The notes: generated from the letters alone by a model not told the origin. A stretch of DNA of 64,000 bases from Desulfonauticus sp. 38_4375 (GCA_001507915.1 LGER01000002.1:10804-74803); one strand, 5' to 3'; positions 9,336 to 19,820 are shown, counted from the first letter of the stretch. Made by a program: numbers and translations.

Positions 9336-10993
9336 GTGGACTTAAAAAGCAAATTTTATGAAACAGTAGAAAAATATAAAAACAATAATTGCTTATCTTT
9401 TGTAGGAGAAAAAAACTTACTTACAATGATTTAAGAGAGGAAGCATTACGATATGCTTCCTTTCTTAAAGAGCATGGTTTTCAAAAAGGAGATAGGGTAA
9501 CAATAATAAGTGAAAACTCTCCTTATTGGGTGATAGCTTTTTGGAGCATAGTTCTGAATGAAGGAATATGTGTACCTTTATTGGTAGATTTTCCAACAAG
9601 CTCTTTAGAACACTTAATAAAGCATTCTAAATCTAGTTATGTTTTTATAGATAAAAAAAATTATCAAAAGTTTGCTGATTCTTCTTTAGATGGAGTATGT
9701 TTTATTGATATTGAAAATCTTTGTTTATTAGAAGAGGAAAGTACAGATTATTTTCAAAAAATATTTAAACGCGGTAAAGAGGAATTATTACGCTGGAAAA
9801 GTAAATTTCTTTTTACTGAAGCTTTAAAAGAATTGGAAGGATGTGTTTCTATTGTTTATACCTCTGGAACTACAGGAAATTCTAAAGGTGTAATGTTGAC
9901 CCCTCAAGGTATTTATAAAGTGGCTAAAGAAGCTGCTAAGCTGGTAGATATTAAAGAAGGCGATAAGTTTTTATCTATTTTACCTCTTGCTCATACCTAT
10001 GAATTTAGCCTGGGAATGATAGCTCCCATATTACATGGAGCAGAAATATTTTACTTTAAAGGTAAGCCATCTCCTAAGTTGCTTATAAAGGCTTTAGGAA
10101 AAGTAAAGCCAGATATAATGTTAAGCGTTCCTTTGATTATAGAGAAGATATATAAAAATAGAGTGTTAAAGACAATAAAAAAGAATTTTCTTTTAAATCT
10201 TATTTATAAGGTTACCTTTTTAAGAAAAAAAATAAATAAGAAAATAGGTGCTAAATTAAAAGAAACTTTTGGTGGAAATTTAAAGGCTTTTTGTATTGGC
10301 GGAGCTTCTTTGTCTTTAGAGGTGGAAAAGTTTTTAAGAGAAGCTAAATTTCCCTATTGTATAGGGTATGGTTTGACTGAAACCTCTCCTTTGATAGCAG
10401 GTACTGGACCTAAAGAGACTAGACTTGGCTCTTGTGGTTTGCCTTTACCAGGAATTGAAGTGAGGATAGATAGAAAAGGTAAGGGAAAGGAAGGAGAGAT
10501 TCTGGTAAAAGGTGAAAATGTAATGAAAGGCTATTTTTTGGCTCCTACCTTAACCAGGGAAACCTTTACTTCTGATGGTTGGTTGAAAACTGGAGACCTG
10601 GGTTATTTAGATAAAGATGGCTATCTATTTATTAAGGGCAGAAGTAAAAGTGTTATTATCGGAGCTGACGGTAAAAATATTTATCCTGAAGAAATAGAAT
10701 CTGTTTTAAATGATAATGAATTTGTCTTAGAATCTCTGGTATACTCTAAAGGAAATCAATTAATAGCCAGAATTTATTTTGATCAACAATACTTGGATGA
10801 TTTTTTTTCCTGGAAAAATTTTACGGAAAGTGAGTTTAGAAGTAAAAAAGAAAAAATATTAGAAGAAATAAAAGAAGAGGTAAATAAGGTTTTGCCAGCG
10901 TACTCCAGGATAAACAAAATCATAGAGCAAGTAGAGCCTTTTGAAAAAACTCCTACCCAAAAAATAAAAAGGTATTTATACGTAGGAGATTAA
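9336..10993 (+). CDS. AMP-dependent acyl-CoA synthetase/ligase, interrupted by a frameshift at an A7 run
   Basis: Main ORF 9389..10993 (YTSGTTGNSKGV AMP-binding motif, GYGLTETS, GWLKTGD). The canonical N-terminus VDLKSKFYETVEKYKNNNCLSFVGEKN is encoded from GTG 9336 in the adjacent frame and stops at 9432-9434. The frames meet at A7 9409-9415. The 1658-nt span is one base short of a 553-codon frame. Confidence 0.8.
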
Positions 10994-10995
10994 TT

Positions 10996-13900
10996 ATGGA
11001 TTTTACTCATTTACACTGTCATACAGAATATAGTCTTTTAGATGGAGCTATTAGACTGGATGATCTATGTAAAAAGGCCAAGGATTTTGGTTCTTCTGCT
11101 GTAGCTATTACGGATCATGGAAATCTTTTTGGTGCTCTTACCTTTTATCAAAAGGCCAAGGATTATGGCTTAAAGCCAATTATTGGTTGTGAGATTTATG
11201 TGGCTCCTGATATGCAGGAAAAAAGCCAGGAGCGTTTTCACTTAGTACTGTTAGCTCAAAATGAGATTGGCTATAAAAATCTTTTAAAAATTGTTTCTAA
11301 ATCCTGGTTAAAAGGTTTTTATTATAAACCTAGAGCAGATAAAAAGCTCTTAAAAAAATATAGTGAAGGGCTTATTGCTCTTTCTGCCTGTTTGCAGGGA
11401 GAGATTCCTTTTGCCTATCAAAAATTTGGAGCAGAAGAGGCTTTAAGAAGAGCCCAAGAGTATGCAAGTATTTTTCCTCAGAGATTTTACCTGGAAGTTC
11501 AGGCCAATGGTTTGCCAGAACAGGACAAGGTAAATGAATTTTTATATGAGTTATCCAAAAAGACAAAACTACCTATAGTAGCCACTAATGACTGTCATTA
11601 TTTAAATAAAGAAGATGTAGAAGCGCACGATATACTTTTGTGCATTCAGACAAATGCCAAGGTAGATGATGTTAATAGAATGCGTTTTAATACTAGTGAG
11701 CTTTATTACAAATCCTATGAGGAAATGCAGGATTATTTTTCTTTTTGTCCTGAAGCTCTGGATAATATAGAAAATATTATTGAGCAGTGTAATTTAGAGT
11801 TATCTCTTGGTAATCACTATTTTCCTCATTACGAACTACCTGAAGGTGTATCTTTAGAAGAAGAATTTAGAAGACTGGCTGAAGATGGTTTAAAGAAAAG
11901 GCTAGCTAAGTTAAATTATGTGCAAGATGAAAATATTTACTGGCAACGCCTGCATAAAGAATTAGATGTAATTTGTGAAAAAGGTTTTCCTGCCTATTTT
12001 TTGATCGTTCAGGATTTCATTAACTGGGCTAAGAAACAGGGTATTCCTGTAGGTCCAGGAAGAGGGTCAGCTGCGGGAAGTTTGGTAGCTTATTCTCTTG
12101 GAATTACCAATTTAGATCCCATTCGTTATAATTTGCTTTTTGAACGCTTTTTAAATGTGGAGAGAATTAGCCTGCCTGATATTGATGTGGATTTTTGTTA
12201 TGAAAGGCGAGAAGAAGTAATTGAGTATGTTTCTAAGAAGTATGGTAAAGACAATGTAGCCCAGATTACCACTTTTGGTACCATGAAGGCCAAGGCTGCA
12301 GTAAGAGACGTGGGTAGGGCTTTGGGTATTAAGCTTTCTCTGGTGGACAAGATTGCCAAACTTGTCCCAGATGAACCCAAAATGACCATTAAAAAGGCCT
12401 TGGAGCAGGAACCAGAGCTGGCCAAATTAAAGGAAGAAGATGAAAAAATAGCCAAATTGCTGGAAATCGCAAGTAAATTAGAAGGTCTGGCCAGGCATGC
12501 TTCCACTCATGCTGCTGGAATTGTTATCTCAGATAAGCCCATGTGGGAATATTTACCACTGTATTTAGGGAAACAGGGGGAAGTAGTTACTCAATTTGAT
12601 ATGAAAAGAGTGGAAAAGGCTGGTCTGATTAAATTTGACTTTTTGGGCCTTAAAACCCTTACGGTAATTCAAAATACCCTTAATTTTGCCAGACAAAATG
12701 GAAAAGAAGTGCCGGATTTGGATAACCTGCCTTTAGATGATCAAAAAACCTTTGAGCTGCTTTGTCAGGGAGAAACTGACGGAGTTTTTCAATTGGAAAG
12801 TTCTGGAATGCGCAATGTACTGAGAGATCTAAAACCCAGTTGTTTTGAAGATATTATTGCTTTGTTGGCCCTTTATCGTCCTGGTCCTTTGCAAAGTGGT
12901 ATGGTGCAGGATTTTATTGATGGTAAACATGGCAGAAAAGAGGTTAAATATCCTCTTCCTCAACTGGAACCTATTTTAAAAGAAACCTATGGAGTAATTT
13001 TATATCAAGAACAAGTAATGCAAATAGCTTCTGTACTTGCAGATTATTCCCTGGGAGAAGGTGATATTTTGCGTAGAGCCATGGGTAAAAAAGACCCTGC
13101 GATTATGGCTAAACAAAGAGATAGATTTCTGGAAGGAGCCAGAAAGAAAAATATTAAAGAGGAAATAGCTGAATATATCTTTGATTTAATGGAAAAGTTT
13201 GCTGGATATGGATTTAATAAATCCCATAGTGCTGCCTATGCGCTTATTTCTTATCAAACTGCTTATTTAAAAGCACACTTTCCTGTAGAATTTATGGCTG
13301 CTCTTATAACTTCAGAAGTACAACACACTGACAAGGTCGTTAAACATTTAAATGCTTGTAAGGAAATGGGAATAGAAATTCTGCCTCCTGATGTAAATCA
13401 TAGTTATTTTCATTTTAGTGTAGAAGAAGAGAAATTGCGTTTTGGCCTGGGAGCCATTAAAAATGTAGGTAAAAGCGCCATAGATAATATTATTGAAGAA
13501 AGAGAAAAAAATGGTCCTTATAAATCTTTGTTAGACTTTTGCTCTCGCGTAAATTTAAGTAAAGTAACCAAAAGAGTAATAGAAATGCTTATAAAAAGTG
13601 GAGCTATGGACTGCTTTCAAATAAGTAGGCAGGCTTTGCTTCTGGGAATGGAAAAAGTTACTAGTCTGGCTCAAAAAAGAAATAAGAATAAAACCTGTCA
13701 GCAAAAGAGTCTTTTTTCAGAAGCTAATATTGAGGATGAATGTAACTTACCTGGACTTGGTATAGAGGCAAAGGAGAATGAAATACAGGAATTTACAGAA
13801 AAAGAAAAGCTTAGTTTGGAAAAAGAAGCCTTAGGATTATACTTAACTGGTCATCCTTTAAATCCTTATAGAGAAAATCTAAAAAGATTAAATCTTTTTA

Positions 13901-14445
13901 ATATAGAGCAATGTAAAGAATTTAGTCCTGGAAGCGAAGTCAAATTAGCAGTAATCTGTGTACAAAAAAAAGTAAAAGTGGATAAAAATGGCAATAAAAT
14001 GGCTTTTTGCGAAATAGAAGACTTTAGCGGCAGAGCAGAAATGAGTTTGTTTAGGGATACTTATTTACAATATGCTAGATTCTTAGATGAAGAGGAACCT
14101 TTATATGTAGAAGGTAGGGTTAGTAGTTATGAAGGCAGGAATGACTCAGAAACTAGTGAAGAAGAAAGGGAAAATAGAGAGCTAAAAATAATAGTAAATA
14201 CAATAGAATTGCTAAGAGAGAAAATAGGCGATAGTTCTGACCCTGTGGTTTTAGAAATAAGATATATAGAAGATTTATCTCTTGTAGATAAATTGAAAGC
14301 TATTTTTAATAAGTATCCTGGAAAGGTAGAGGTGAAAGTAAATATTATAAATGATGATTTTAGTTGCTTGATGTGTTTGAGTCCAAAATGGAAGATAAAT
14401 CCAAATGAAAATTTTTGGAAAGAAGTAAAGTCTATAATTAATTAA
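10996..14445 (+). CDS. dnaE: DNA polymerase III alpha subunit
   Basis: 1149 aa. PHP N-terminus FTHLHCHTEYSLLDGA, plus GPGRGSAAGSLVAYSLGIT and FNKSHSAAYA. Confidence 0.95.
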   Translation: MDFTHLHCHTEYSLLDGAIRLDDLCKKAKDFGSSAVAITDHGNLFGALTFYQKAKDYGLKPIIGCEIYVAPDMQEKSQERFHLVLLAQNEIGYKNLLKIVSKSWLKGFYYKPRADKKLLKKYSEGLIALSACLQGEIPFAYQKFGAEEALRRAQEYASIFPQRFYLEVQANGLPEQDKVNEFLYELSKKTKLPIVATNDCHYLNKEDVEAHDILLCIQTNAKVDDVNRMRFNTSELYYKSYEEMQDYFSFCPEALDNIENIIEQCNLELSLGNHYFPHYELPEGVSLEEEFRRLAEDGLKKRLAKLNYVQDENIYWQRLHKELDVICEKGFPAYFLIVQDFINWAKKQGIPVGPGRGSAAGSLVAYSLGITNLDPIRYNLLFERFLNVERISLPDIDVDFCYERREEVIEYVSKKYGKDNVAQITTFGTMKAKAAVRDVGRALGIKLSLVDKIAKLVPDEPKMTIKKALEQEPELAKLKEEDEKIAKLLEIASKLEGLARHASTHAAGIVISDKPMWEYLPLYLGKQGEVVTQFDMKRVEKAGLIKFDFLGLKTLTVIQNTLNFARQNGKEVPDLDNLPLDDQKTFELLCQGETDGVFQLESSGMRNVLRDLKPSCFEDIIALLALYRPGPLQSGMVQDFIDGKHGRKEVKYPLPQLEPILKETYGVILYQEQVMQIASVLADYSLGEGDILRRAMGKKDPAIMAKQRDRFLEGARKKNIKEEIAEYIFDLMEKFAGYGFNKSHSAAYALISYQTAYLKAHFPVEFMAALITSEVQHTDKVVKHLNACKEMGIEILPPDVNHSYFHFSVEEEKLRFGLGAIKNVGKSAIDNIIEEREKNGPYKSLLDFCSRVNLSKVTKRVIEMLIKSGAMDCFQISRQALLLGMEKVTSLAQKRNKNKTCQQKSLFSEANIEDECNLPGLGIEAKENEIQEFTEKEKLSLEKEALGLYLTGHPLNPYRENLKRLNLFNIEQCKEFSPGSEVKLAVICVQKKVKVDKNGNKMAFCEIEDFSGRAEMSLFRDTYLQYARFLDEEEPLYVEGRVSSYEGRNDSETSEEERENRELKIIVNTIELLREKIGDSSDPVVLEIRYIEDLSLVDKLKAIFNKYPGKVEVKVNIINDDFSCLMCLSPKWKINPNENFWKEVKSIIN

Positions 14446-14455
14446 GGAGTTATTT

Positions 14456-14836
14456 ATGGATAAAAGATATAGGCTTAGAATTAAGGATAAATTTAGTGCT
14501 GCTCATAGTTTAAGAAACTATGAAGGTAGTTGTGAAAATGTCCATGGCCATAATTTTGGAGTTGAGATAGAAGTTTATGGGTATAGTTTAGAAAAGGATA
14601 CAGAGATACTTATAGATTTTAAAGTGTTAAAAAGAAAATTAAAAAATATATTAATGGATTTAGATCATAAGTTTTTAAATGAATTAGATTTTTTTAGAGT
14701 AAATAATCCTTCTTCTGAAAATATTGCTAAGTTTATCTTTTTTAAACTAAAGGAAACTTTGCCTCAAAACATAAGCTTATCCTATGTAATGGTCTCAGAA
14801 AGTGATAATTCCCAGGCCTTTTATGAGGAGGTATAG
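14456..14836 (+). CDS. queD: 6-carboxy-5,6,7,8-tetrahydropterin synthase
   Basis: 126 aa. FSAAHSL...CENVHGHNF matches the QueD/PTPS zinc-site pattern. Confidence 0.8.
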   Translation: MDKRYRLRIKDKFSAAHSLRNYEGSCENVHGHNFGVEIEVYGYSLEKDTEILIDFKVLKRKLKNILMDLDHKFLNELDFFRVNNPSSENIAKFIFFKLKETLPQNISLSYVMVSESDNSQAFYEEV

Positions 14837-15301
14837 GTGCGTTTTTTAATTCAAAGGGTAAAAAAAGCTGAAGTAACTATTCAAGAACAAACAGTTGCCA
14901 AAATAGGTAAGGGATTACTTATATTTGTGGGATTGGAAGAGAAAGACTTTTCCTGGACAGAAAGTCAATTCAAAAAAATGATTGAAAAAACTTTATATTT
15001 ACGTATATTTTCAGATAAGCAAAATAAGCTAAATCTTAATGTGCAGGAAATAGGGGGCGAAATATTACTGGTTTCACAGTTTACTTTATATGCTGATTGC
15101 AGGAAAGGTAGGCGTCCTAGCTTTTCTAAAGCCTTAGGAGGAGAGCAGGCCAAGGAACTCTTTGCACGTTTAACCCAGTATTTTAAATCCGAATATCCTG
15201 AGGTAAAAACTGGAATTTTTGGAGCAGAGATGGATATAAGCTTGATTAATCATGGCCCGGTAACTATATGGTTAGATAGTAAAGAATTGGGGATAGGATA
15301 A
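14837..15301 (+). CDS. dtd: D-aminoacyl-tRNA deacylase
   Basis: 154 aa with a GTG start directly after the queD stop. MRFLIQRV and SQFTLYADCRKGRRPSF are Dtd signatures. Confidence 0.85.
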   Translation: MRFLIQRVKKAEVTIQEQTVAKIGKGLLIFVGLEEKDFSWTESQFKKMIEKTLYLRIFSDKQNKLNLNVQEIGGEILLVSQFTLYADCRKGRRPSFSKALGGEQAKELFARLTQYFKSEYPEVKTGIFGAEMDISLINHGPVTIWLDSKELGIG

Positions 15302-15304
15302 AAA

Positions 15305-16435
15305 ATGAGTAAATATAAAGTATTAATGGCTGATACTTCCAAAGCTAACCTAAAGGTGCTTGCTTCTTTTTTAAATAAGGATTTTGAGGTCCATTTTGTA
15401 TATGATGGAGAGCAAGTAATTGAAAAATATTACGAGTTAAAACCGGATTTAATTCTTTTAGATATAAATTTACCTAAAATGAATGGAATAAGTGTGGTTG
15501 ATTATTTACGTAATAGCGTTAATGACCAAGATACTTATATTATTACTTTTGTTGCTGATGATAATGATAAACTAAAGGTAAAAGTTTTAAGTGTAGGAGC
15601 CAATGATATACTTTCAAAGCCTTTTACTAAAGATGAGTTAAAAGCCAGAATACAGGTTGCTAAGAGGCAGATAGTACTTTTGGAAAACTTAAGAAGAGCT
15701 TATAAACGTATTAATAGAGAAATGGATCTGGTTTCTTCTTTACAAAGTAAGCTTTTACCCAAAGAAAGTTTTCATTTTCCTAAGATAGGTCTGCAGTCTT
15801 ACTATCGACCTTCTGGCCAAGCTAGCGGAGACTATTATGATTATATAAAAGTATCTGAGGATATATTACGGTTTTGTGTGGCCGATGTTTCTGGGCATGG
15901 GGCTAGGGCGGCCTTTATTATGGCTATTGTAAGGACTATTTTTCGTCTGGAGAAGAATGAACAGTATGCTTTATCAAGACTTGTGGATTTAATAAATAAA
16001 AGTTTAATTGAAATTGTAGGAGATGAATCTGACTTTGTGACTTTTTTTATTGGAGAACTTAATTTAAAGGATAAAACTTTTTCTTATATTAATGCCGGGC
16101 ATTGTCCAGCAGTGATAAGGATTGATAAAGAAATTAATTATCTTAAGCCTGATTATCCTGTTTTAGGTTTTTTTCCTATTGATCCTCAACATATTACAGT
16201 TAGTTATAAAAATGATTTTGCTATTTTTCTTTATACTGATGGTTTTTATGAATGGGATTTTGAAGATGGAGAGCAGCTTGGTCTGGAGAGGTTTTTAGAT
16301 TTTGTAACCAAACATTTTAAAGGAGAAAAAATATATTTGGAGGAGATAATTTTTGGTTTAGATAAGCTGGGTGACTTTTCTCCCATGTATAGAGATGATT
16401 TAACAGCCTTATTGGTGTATAATAAAAAAGAGTAA
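15305..16435 (+). CDS. response regulator with PP2C/SpoIIE phosphatase output (RsbU/HsbR-like)
   Basis: Receiver DLILLDINLPKMNG. PP2C motifs SGDYYDY and ADVSGHGARAA. Confidence 0.85.
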   Translation: MSKYKVLMADTSKANLKVLASFLNKDFEVHFVYDGEQVIEKYYELKPDLILLDINLPKMNGISVVDYLRNSVNDQDTYIITFVADDNDKLKVKVLSVGANDILSKPFTKDELKARIQVAKRQIVLLENLRRAYKRINREMDLVSSLQSKLLPKESFHFPKIGLQSYYRPSGQASGDYYDYIKVSEDILRFCVADVSGHGARAAFIMAIVRTIFRLEKNEQYALSRLVDLINKSLIEIVGDESDFVTFFIGELNLKDKTFSYINAGHCPAVIRIDKEINYLKPDYPVLGFFPIDPQHITVSYKNDFAIFLYTDGFYEWDFEDGEQLGLERFLDFVTKHFKGEKIYLEEIIFGLDKLGDFSPMYRDDLTALLVYNKKE

Positions 16436-16438
16436 GTT

Positions 16439-16852
16439 ATGAGGTTTATATTTGAAACTATAGTTACTCCTAAGAGTGTAAGATTGTTAGTTGTATCCAT
16501 AGTCGCAATTCTAAAAAAAATAATTAAAGAGGATGTTATTTATGACCTGGAATTAGCTTTAACTGAGGCTTGCACCAATGTTCTCACTCATGCCTATCCT
16601 CAAGAAGAGAGAAATAAAAAGATAAAATTTATTCTAGAAATAATTTTCCAGGATAGACTTATTTTTAAGGTGATAGATTGGGGAATAGAATTTAAACCTC
16701 CTAAGAGCTTGCCTCACGATAGTTCTACTTCAGGTCGAGGAATATATATTATTCGCAAAATAATGAACGATTTTATTTATAAAAGGGTTGGGGATAGAAA
16801 TGAAGTGATAATGGTCAAAAAATTGGAGGAAAATTTATGGAAGAAATTTTAG
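16439..16852 (+). CDS. anti-sigma-factor-type serine kinase (RsbW/SpoIIAB-like, HATPase_c_2)
   Basis: 137 aa. ELALTEACTNVLTHAY and GRGIYIIRKIM match N-box/G-box-like motifs. Confidence 0.7.
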   Translation: MRFIFETIVTPKSVRLLVVSIVAILKKIIKEDVIYDLELALTEACTNVLTHAYPQEERNKKIKFILEIIFQDRLIFKVIDWGIEFKPPKSLPHDSSTSGRGIYIIRKIMNDFIYKRVGDRNEVIMVKKLEENLWKKF

Positions 16853-17172
16853 TGGAAAAAAAGGATGATATTTATTTAGTTAAACTATCCGGAGAACTGG
16901 TTTTAGAAAATGTTGAAGATATAAAACCCAAGTTAGAAAACTCTCTTTCTGAAGAGTGGAAAATATTTGCTGTTGATTTAGCAGAAATAGAGTTTATGGA
17001 TAGTAGCGGAATAGGTTTTTTAGTTGCTTTAAGTAATAGAATAAAACAAATGGGAAGAAAATTTGTTTTAGTAAACCCCTCTAAACAAGTTGTTAAGACT
17101 TTAAAATTGGTTAATATATATCATTTTTTTGATTTAGTAGAAGATATAGACGATTTAATTTTAGACTTATAA
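16837..17172 (+). CDS. STAS-domain anti-sigma-factor antagonist (RsbV/SpoIIAA-like)
   Basis: 111 aa. FMDSSGIGFLV is the phosphorylatable-Ser motif. It overlaps the upstream kinase gene by 16 nt. Confidence 0.8.
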   Translation: MEEILVEKKDDIYLVKLSGELVLENVEDIKPKLENSLSEEWKIFAVDLAEIEFMDSSGIGFLVALSNRIKQMGRKFVLVNPSKQVVKTLKLVNIYHFFDLVEDIDDLILDL

Positions 17173-17189
17173 GAAATATAATATATACT

Positions 17190-18302
17190 ATGCCATATTA
17201 TTTACATCATTATTTTGATCCAGATTTTGATTATCAAAATTTAAAACCAAAACTCCAAAAAGATGGACGAGTAGATCATTACAATTTAGATTATGTACAA
17301 AATGTTATCGCCGGACAGATATTGGCAGAATGGAAAGAGGTAGATTTAACAGAAGTTGATAATCTGGACAGTCGCTTTGTGAGTGAAAAAAAACACTGGC
17401 CTTTAGGGCCTAATGTGGCTATTAATCCTCAAAATAAAAATCAAATCATTGCCACTGCCAATGGCTATGTGTTTTATTTTGAAGGAAAAATAGCTGTTAA
17501 AACTGTTTTAAATGTAAGAAGAGATGTCGATTTTCATACAGGAAATGTTTATTTTGTAGGTGATTTGATTGTGCATGGTACAGTGCGTAGCGGTTTTGAA
17601 GTAAAAGGGCATAATGTTAGAATAAAAGGCAATGTAGAAGCAGCAAAGGTTTACGCTGGAGGGTCTATTTTAATTGAAGGTGGAGTAAAGGGAGGAGGAG
17701 AAGCCGAAATTATAGCTCAAGAAAATTTAAAAACTTCTTTTTGTGAAAAATCATTTTTATTTTCTGGTAAAAAATTAATTATAGATGGTTCTTCTATTCA
17801 CAGTAAATTGTTTGCTGATGAATATATCATTGTAAAAGATAGAATGCAAGGAGGACTAGGAGTTTCTACTAAATTGTTTTTTGCTCAAAACCAATTGGGC
17901 GGTGGAATGGGAGTAAAAACAGAAATTATCCTTGGATATAAAGCTTCTTTTATAAAAAAGTATATGGAATTAGAAACAAAAATTAAGGATTTAATCAAAG
18001 AGATAGAAAATTTAAAATTGAAAATAAATAAAAATGATATTTATAAGGAAGAATATCAAGATAAGTTACAATCTTTAGAAATAAAATTAGCTAAAATGAA
18101 AAAAATTATGGATAAAAATAGTGAAAAAATAAATCACAACTTTAATGCGCAAGCTAAACTGGTAGTTCCAGGCAGAATACGTTCTGGAGTGGAAGTGAGT
18201 ATCGGTCCTTTTTATTATAAGGTAGATGAAGATTTGGAGAATAAGCGTTTTGAATTGGAAAAGGAAGAAATTAAACTTAAATCTCCTGCTATAGTTAAAT
18301 GA
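17190..18302 (+). CDS. FapA/DUF342-family protein (flagellar assembly protein A-like)
   Basis: 370 aa. Beta-helix-like repeats (VHGTVRSGFEVKGHNVRIKGNVEAAKVYAGGSILIEGGVKGG) and a C-terminal coiled coil. Confidence 0.65.
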   Translation: MPYYLHHYFDPDFDYQNLKPKLQKDGRVDHYNLDYVQNVIAGQILAEWKEVDLTEVDNLDSRFVSEKKHWPLGPNVAINPQNKNQIIATANGYVFYFEGKIAVKTVLNVRRDVDFHTGNVYFVGDLIVHGTVRSGFEVKGHNVRIKGNVEAAKVYAGGSILIEGGVKGGGEAEIIAQENLKTSFCEKSFLFSGKKLIIDGSSIHSKLFADEYIIVKDRMQGGLGVSTKLFFAQNQLGGGMGVKTEIILGYKASFIKKYMELETKIKDLIKEIENLKLKINKNDIYKEEYQDKLQSLEIKLAKMKKIMDKNSEKINHNFNAQAKLVVPGRIRSGVEVSIGPFYYKVDEDLENKRFELEKEEIKLKSPAIVK

Positions 18303-18322
18303 GTTTAGCGAGGTTCTAAGGT

Positions 18323-19081
18323 ATGGATATAGGTACTATTATTGGTATAGTCCTGGCTTTTGGGTTGATTGTCGGCTCTATTATCCTGGGTGGTAATTTT
18401 GGAGCTTTTATTGATATTCCTTCTATTTTGATAGTAGTTGGTGGAACTTTAGCTGTTACCTTTGTAATGTTTCCCATGGGCAGGGTTTTAGGAGCAGTAA
18501 AAGTTATGCTCAAGGCCTTTTTTGGTGCTCCACCAGACCCTAAGGCCTTGATTAAAAACATAGTGGATCTGGCCAATTTGGCCAGAAAAGAAAGCTTGGT
18601 GGCTTTAGAAAAAGCTAATGTGGATGATCCTTTTCTGAAAAAAGGAATACTTTTAGTGGCGGATGGCACTGCAGAGAATTTGGTGCGTTCAGTATTAGAA
18701 ACAGAAATAGCTTTTATGAAGCAAAGACATTTGATTGGGCAAGAGATTTTTAAATCCATGGGCACCATGGCTCCTGCCTTTGGTATGATTGGAACCTTGA
18801 TTGGTTTGGTGCAAATGTTACAGACTTTAGACGATCCTTCTTCCATTGGTCCTGCTATGGCCGTAGCTTTGTTGACTACCTTTTATGGCGCTGTGTTGGC
18901 CAATGTAGTCTTTTTACCTATAGCCAAAAAATTGGAACAAAAGAGTGTAGAAGAAGTCTTGTTTATGGAAATTGCTGTGGAGGGGATTATCTCCATTTTA
19001 AATGGAGAAAACCCAAGAATTACCCAGGATAAACTGGAAGCTTTCCTGGCTCCAGCCTTAAGAGAAGGTTCTGAAGGATAA
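18323..19081 (+). CDS. motA: flagellar stator protein MotA/PomA
   Basis: 252 aa, 4 TM segments. GPAMAVALLTTFYGAVLAN is the MotA/TolQ/ExbB channel signature. Confidence 0.85.
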   Translation: MDIGTIIGIVLAFGLIVGSIILGGNFGAFIDIPSILIVVGGTLAVTFVMFPMGRVLGAVKVMLKAFFGAPPDPKALIKNIVDLANLARKESLVALEKANVDDPFLKKGILLVADGTAENLVRSVLETEIAFMKQRHLIGQEIFKSMGTMAPAFGMIGTLIGLVQMLQTLDDPSSIGPAMAVALLTTFYGAVLANVVFLPIAKKLEQKSVEEVLFMEIAVEGIISILNGENPRITQDKLEAFLAPALREGSEG

Positions 19082-19086
19082 GGGAG

Positions 19087-19809
19087 ATGGCCAAGCAAGA
19101 AGAATGCAGATGTGAAGAAGGCTTACCTGGTTGGTTAGCTACCTTTGCAGACTTGATGTCTTTGTTGCTTACTTTTTTTGTGCTTTTACTCTCTTTTTCC
19201 AATCAAGATGTGCAAAAATTTAGAGATATGATGGGTTCTATTAAGGATGCCTTTGGGGTTCAGGTCCAAAGAAAACAGGCTGATTATATTGCCTTTTCTC
19301 CTTCGCAATTTGAACGTAAGGATATTAAAATAGACCAAGATACGCGTATGCTTCTGGGAATGGTTTTAAAATTAAAAGCAGTGTTAGAAGAAAATGAATT
19401 GCTTAAAAAAAATGTTGATGTCACTTCTGATGATAATGGAGTACTTATTAGGGTAAGCAGTGGAGTTATGTTTAAACCAGGCTCTGCAGTCTTGAAGCCA
19501 GAAGCCTATCCTGTTTTAAATGAAGTTATTAAGCTGTTAAAGGAAAATAACTTTGATGTTATTGTTAGAGGACATACAGATGATACCCCTGCTGGAGCTA
19601 ACTTCCCTTCCAACTGGGAACTTTCAGCAGCCAGAGCTGCAGCAGCTTTGCGTTATATTGTGGAAAAGGGAGGAATAAATCCTTCCAGGCTTAAAGCTGT
19701 AGGTTATGCAGATACCAGACCCCTGGTCCCCAATACTTCTCCTAGCAATAGAGCTTTAAATAGAAGAGTAGAGTTTTATTTTCATCGTCCGCAAGTTGAA
19801 GGCTGGTAA
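19087..19809 (+). CDS. motB: flagellar stator protein MotB (OmpA-like C-terminus)
   Basis: PGWLATFADLMSLLLTFFVLL is a TM segment with the conserved Asp. The OmpA-like domain shows GHTD...SNWELSAARA...NRRVEF. Confidence 0.85.
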   Translation: MAKQEECRCEEGLPGWLATFADLMSLLLTFFVLLLSFSNQDVQKFRDMMGSIKDAFGVQVQRKQADYIAFSPSQFERKDIKIDQDTRMLLGMVLKLKAVLEENELLKKNVDVTSDDNGVLIRVSSGVMFKPGSAVLKPEAYPVLNEVIKLLKENNFDVIVRGHTDDTPAGANFPSNWELSAARAAAALRYIVEKGGINPSRLKAVGYADTRPLVPNTSPSNRALNRRVEFYFHRPQVEGW

Positions 19810-19820
19810 TAACTGGAATT

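Noticed and set aside
18316-18846. 176-aa minus-strand ORF
   Set aside because: Fully antisense to motA, whose product has the MotA channel signature. Its composition is Pro/Ile/Lys-rich and low in complexity.
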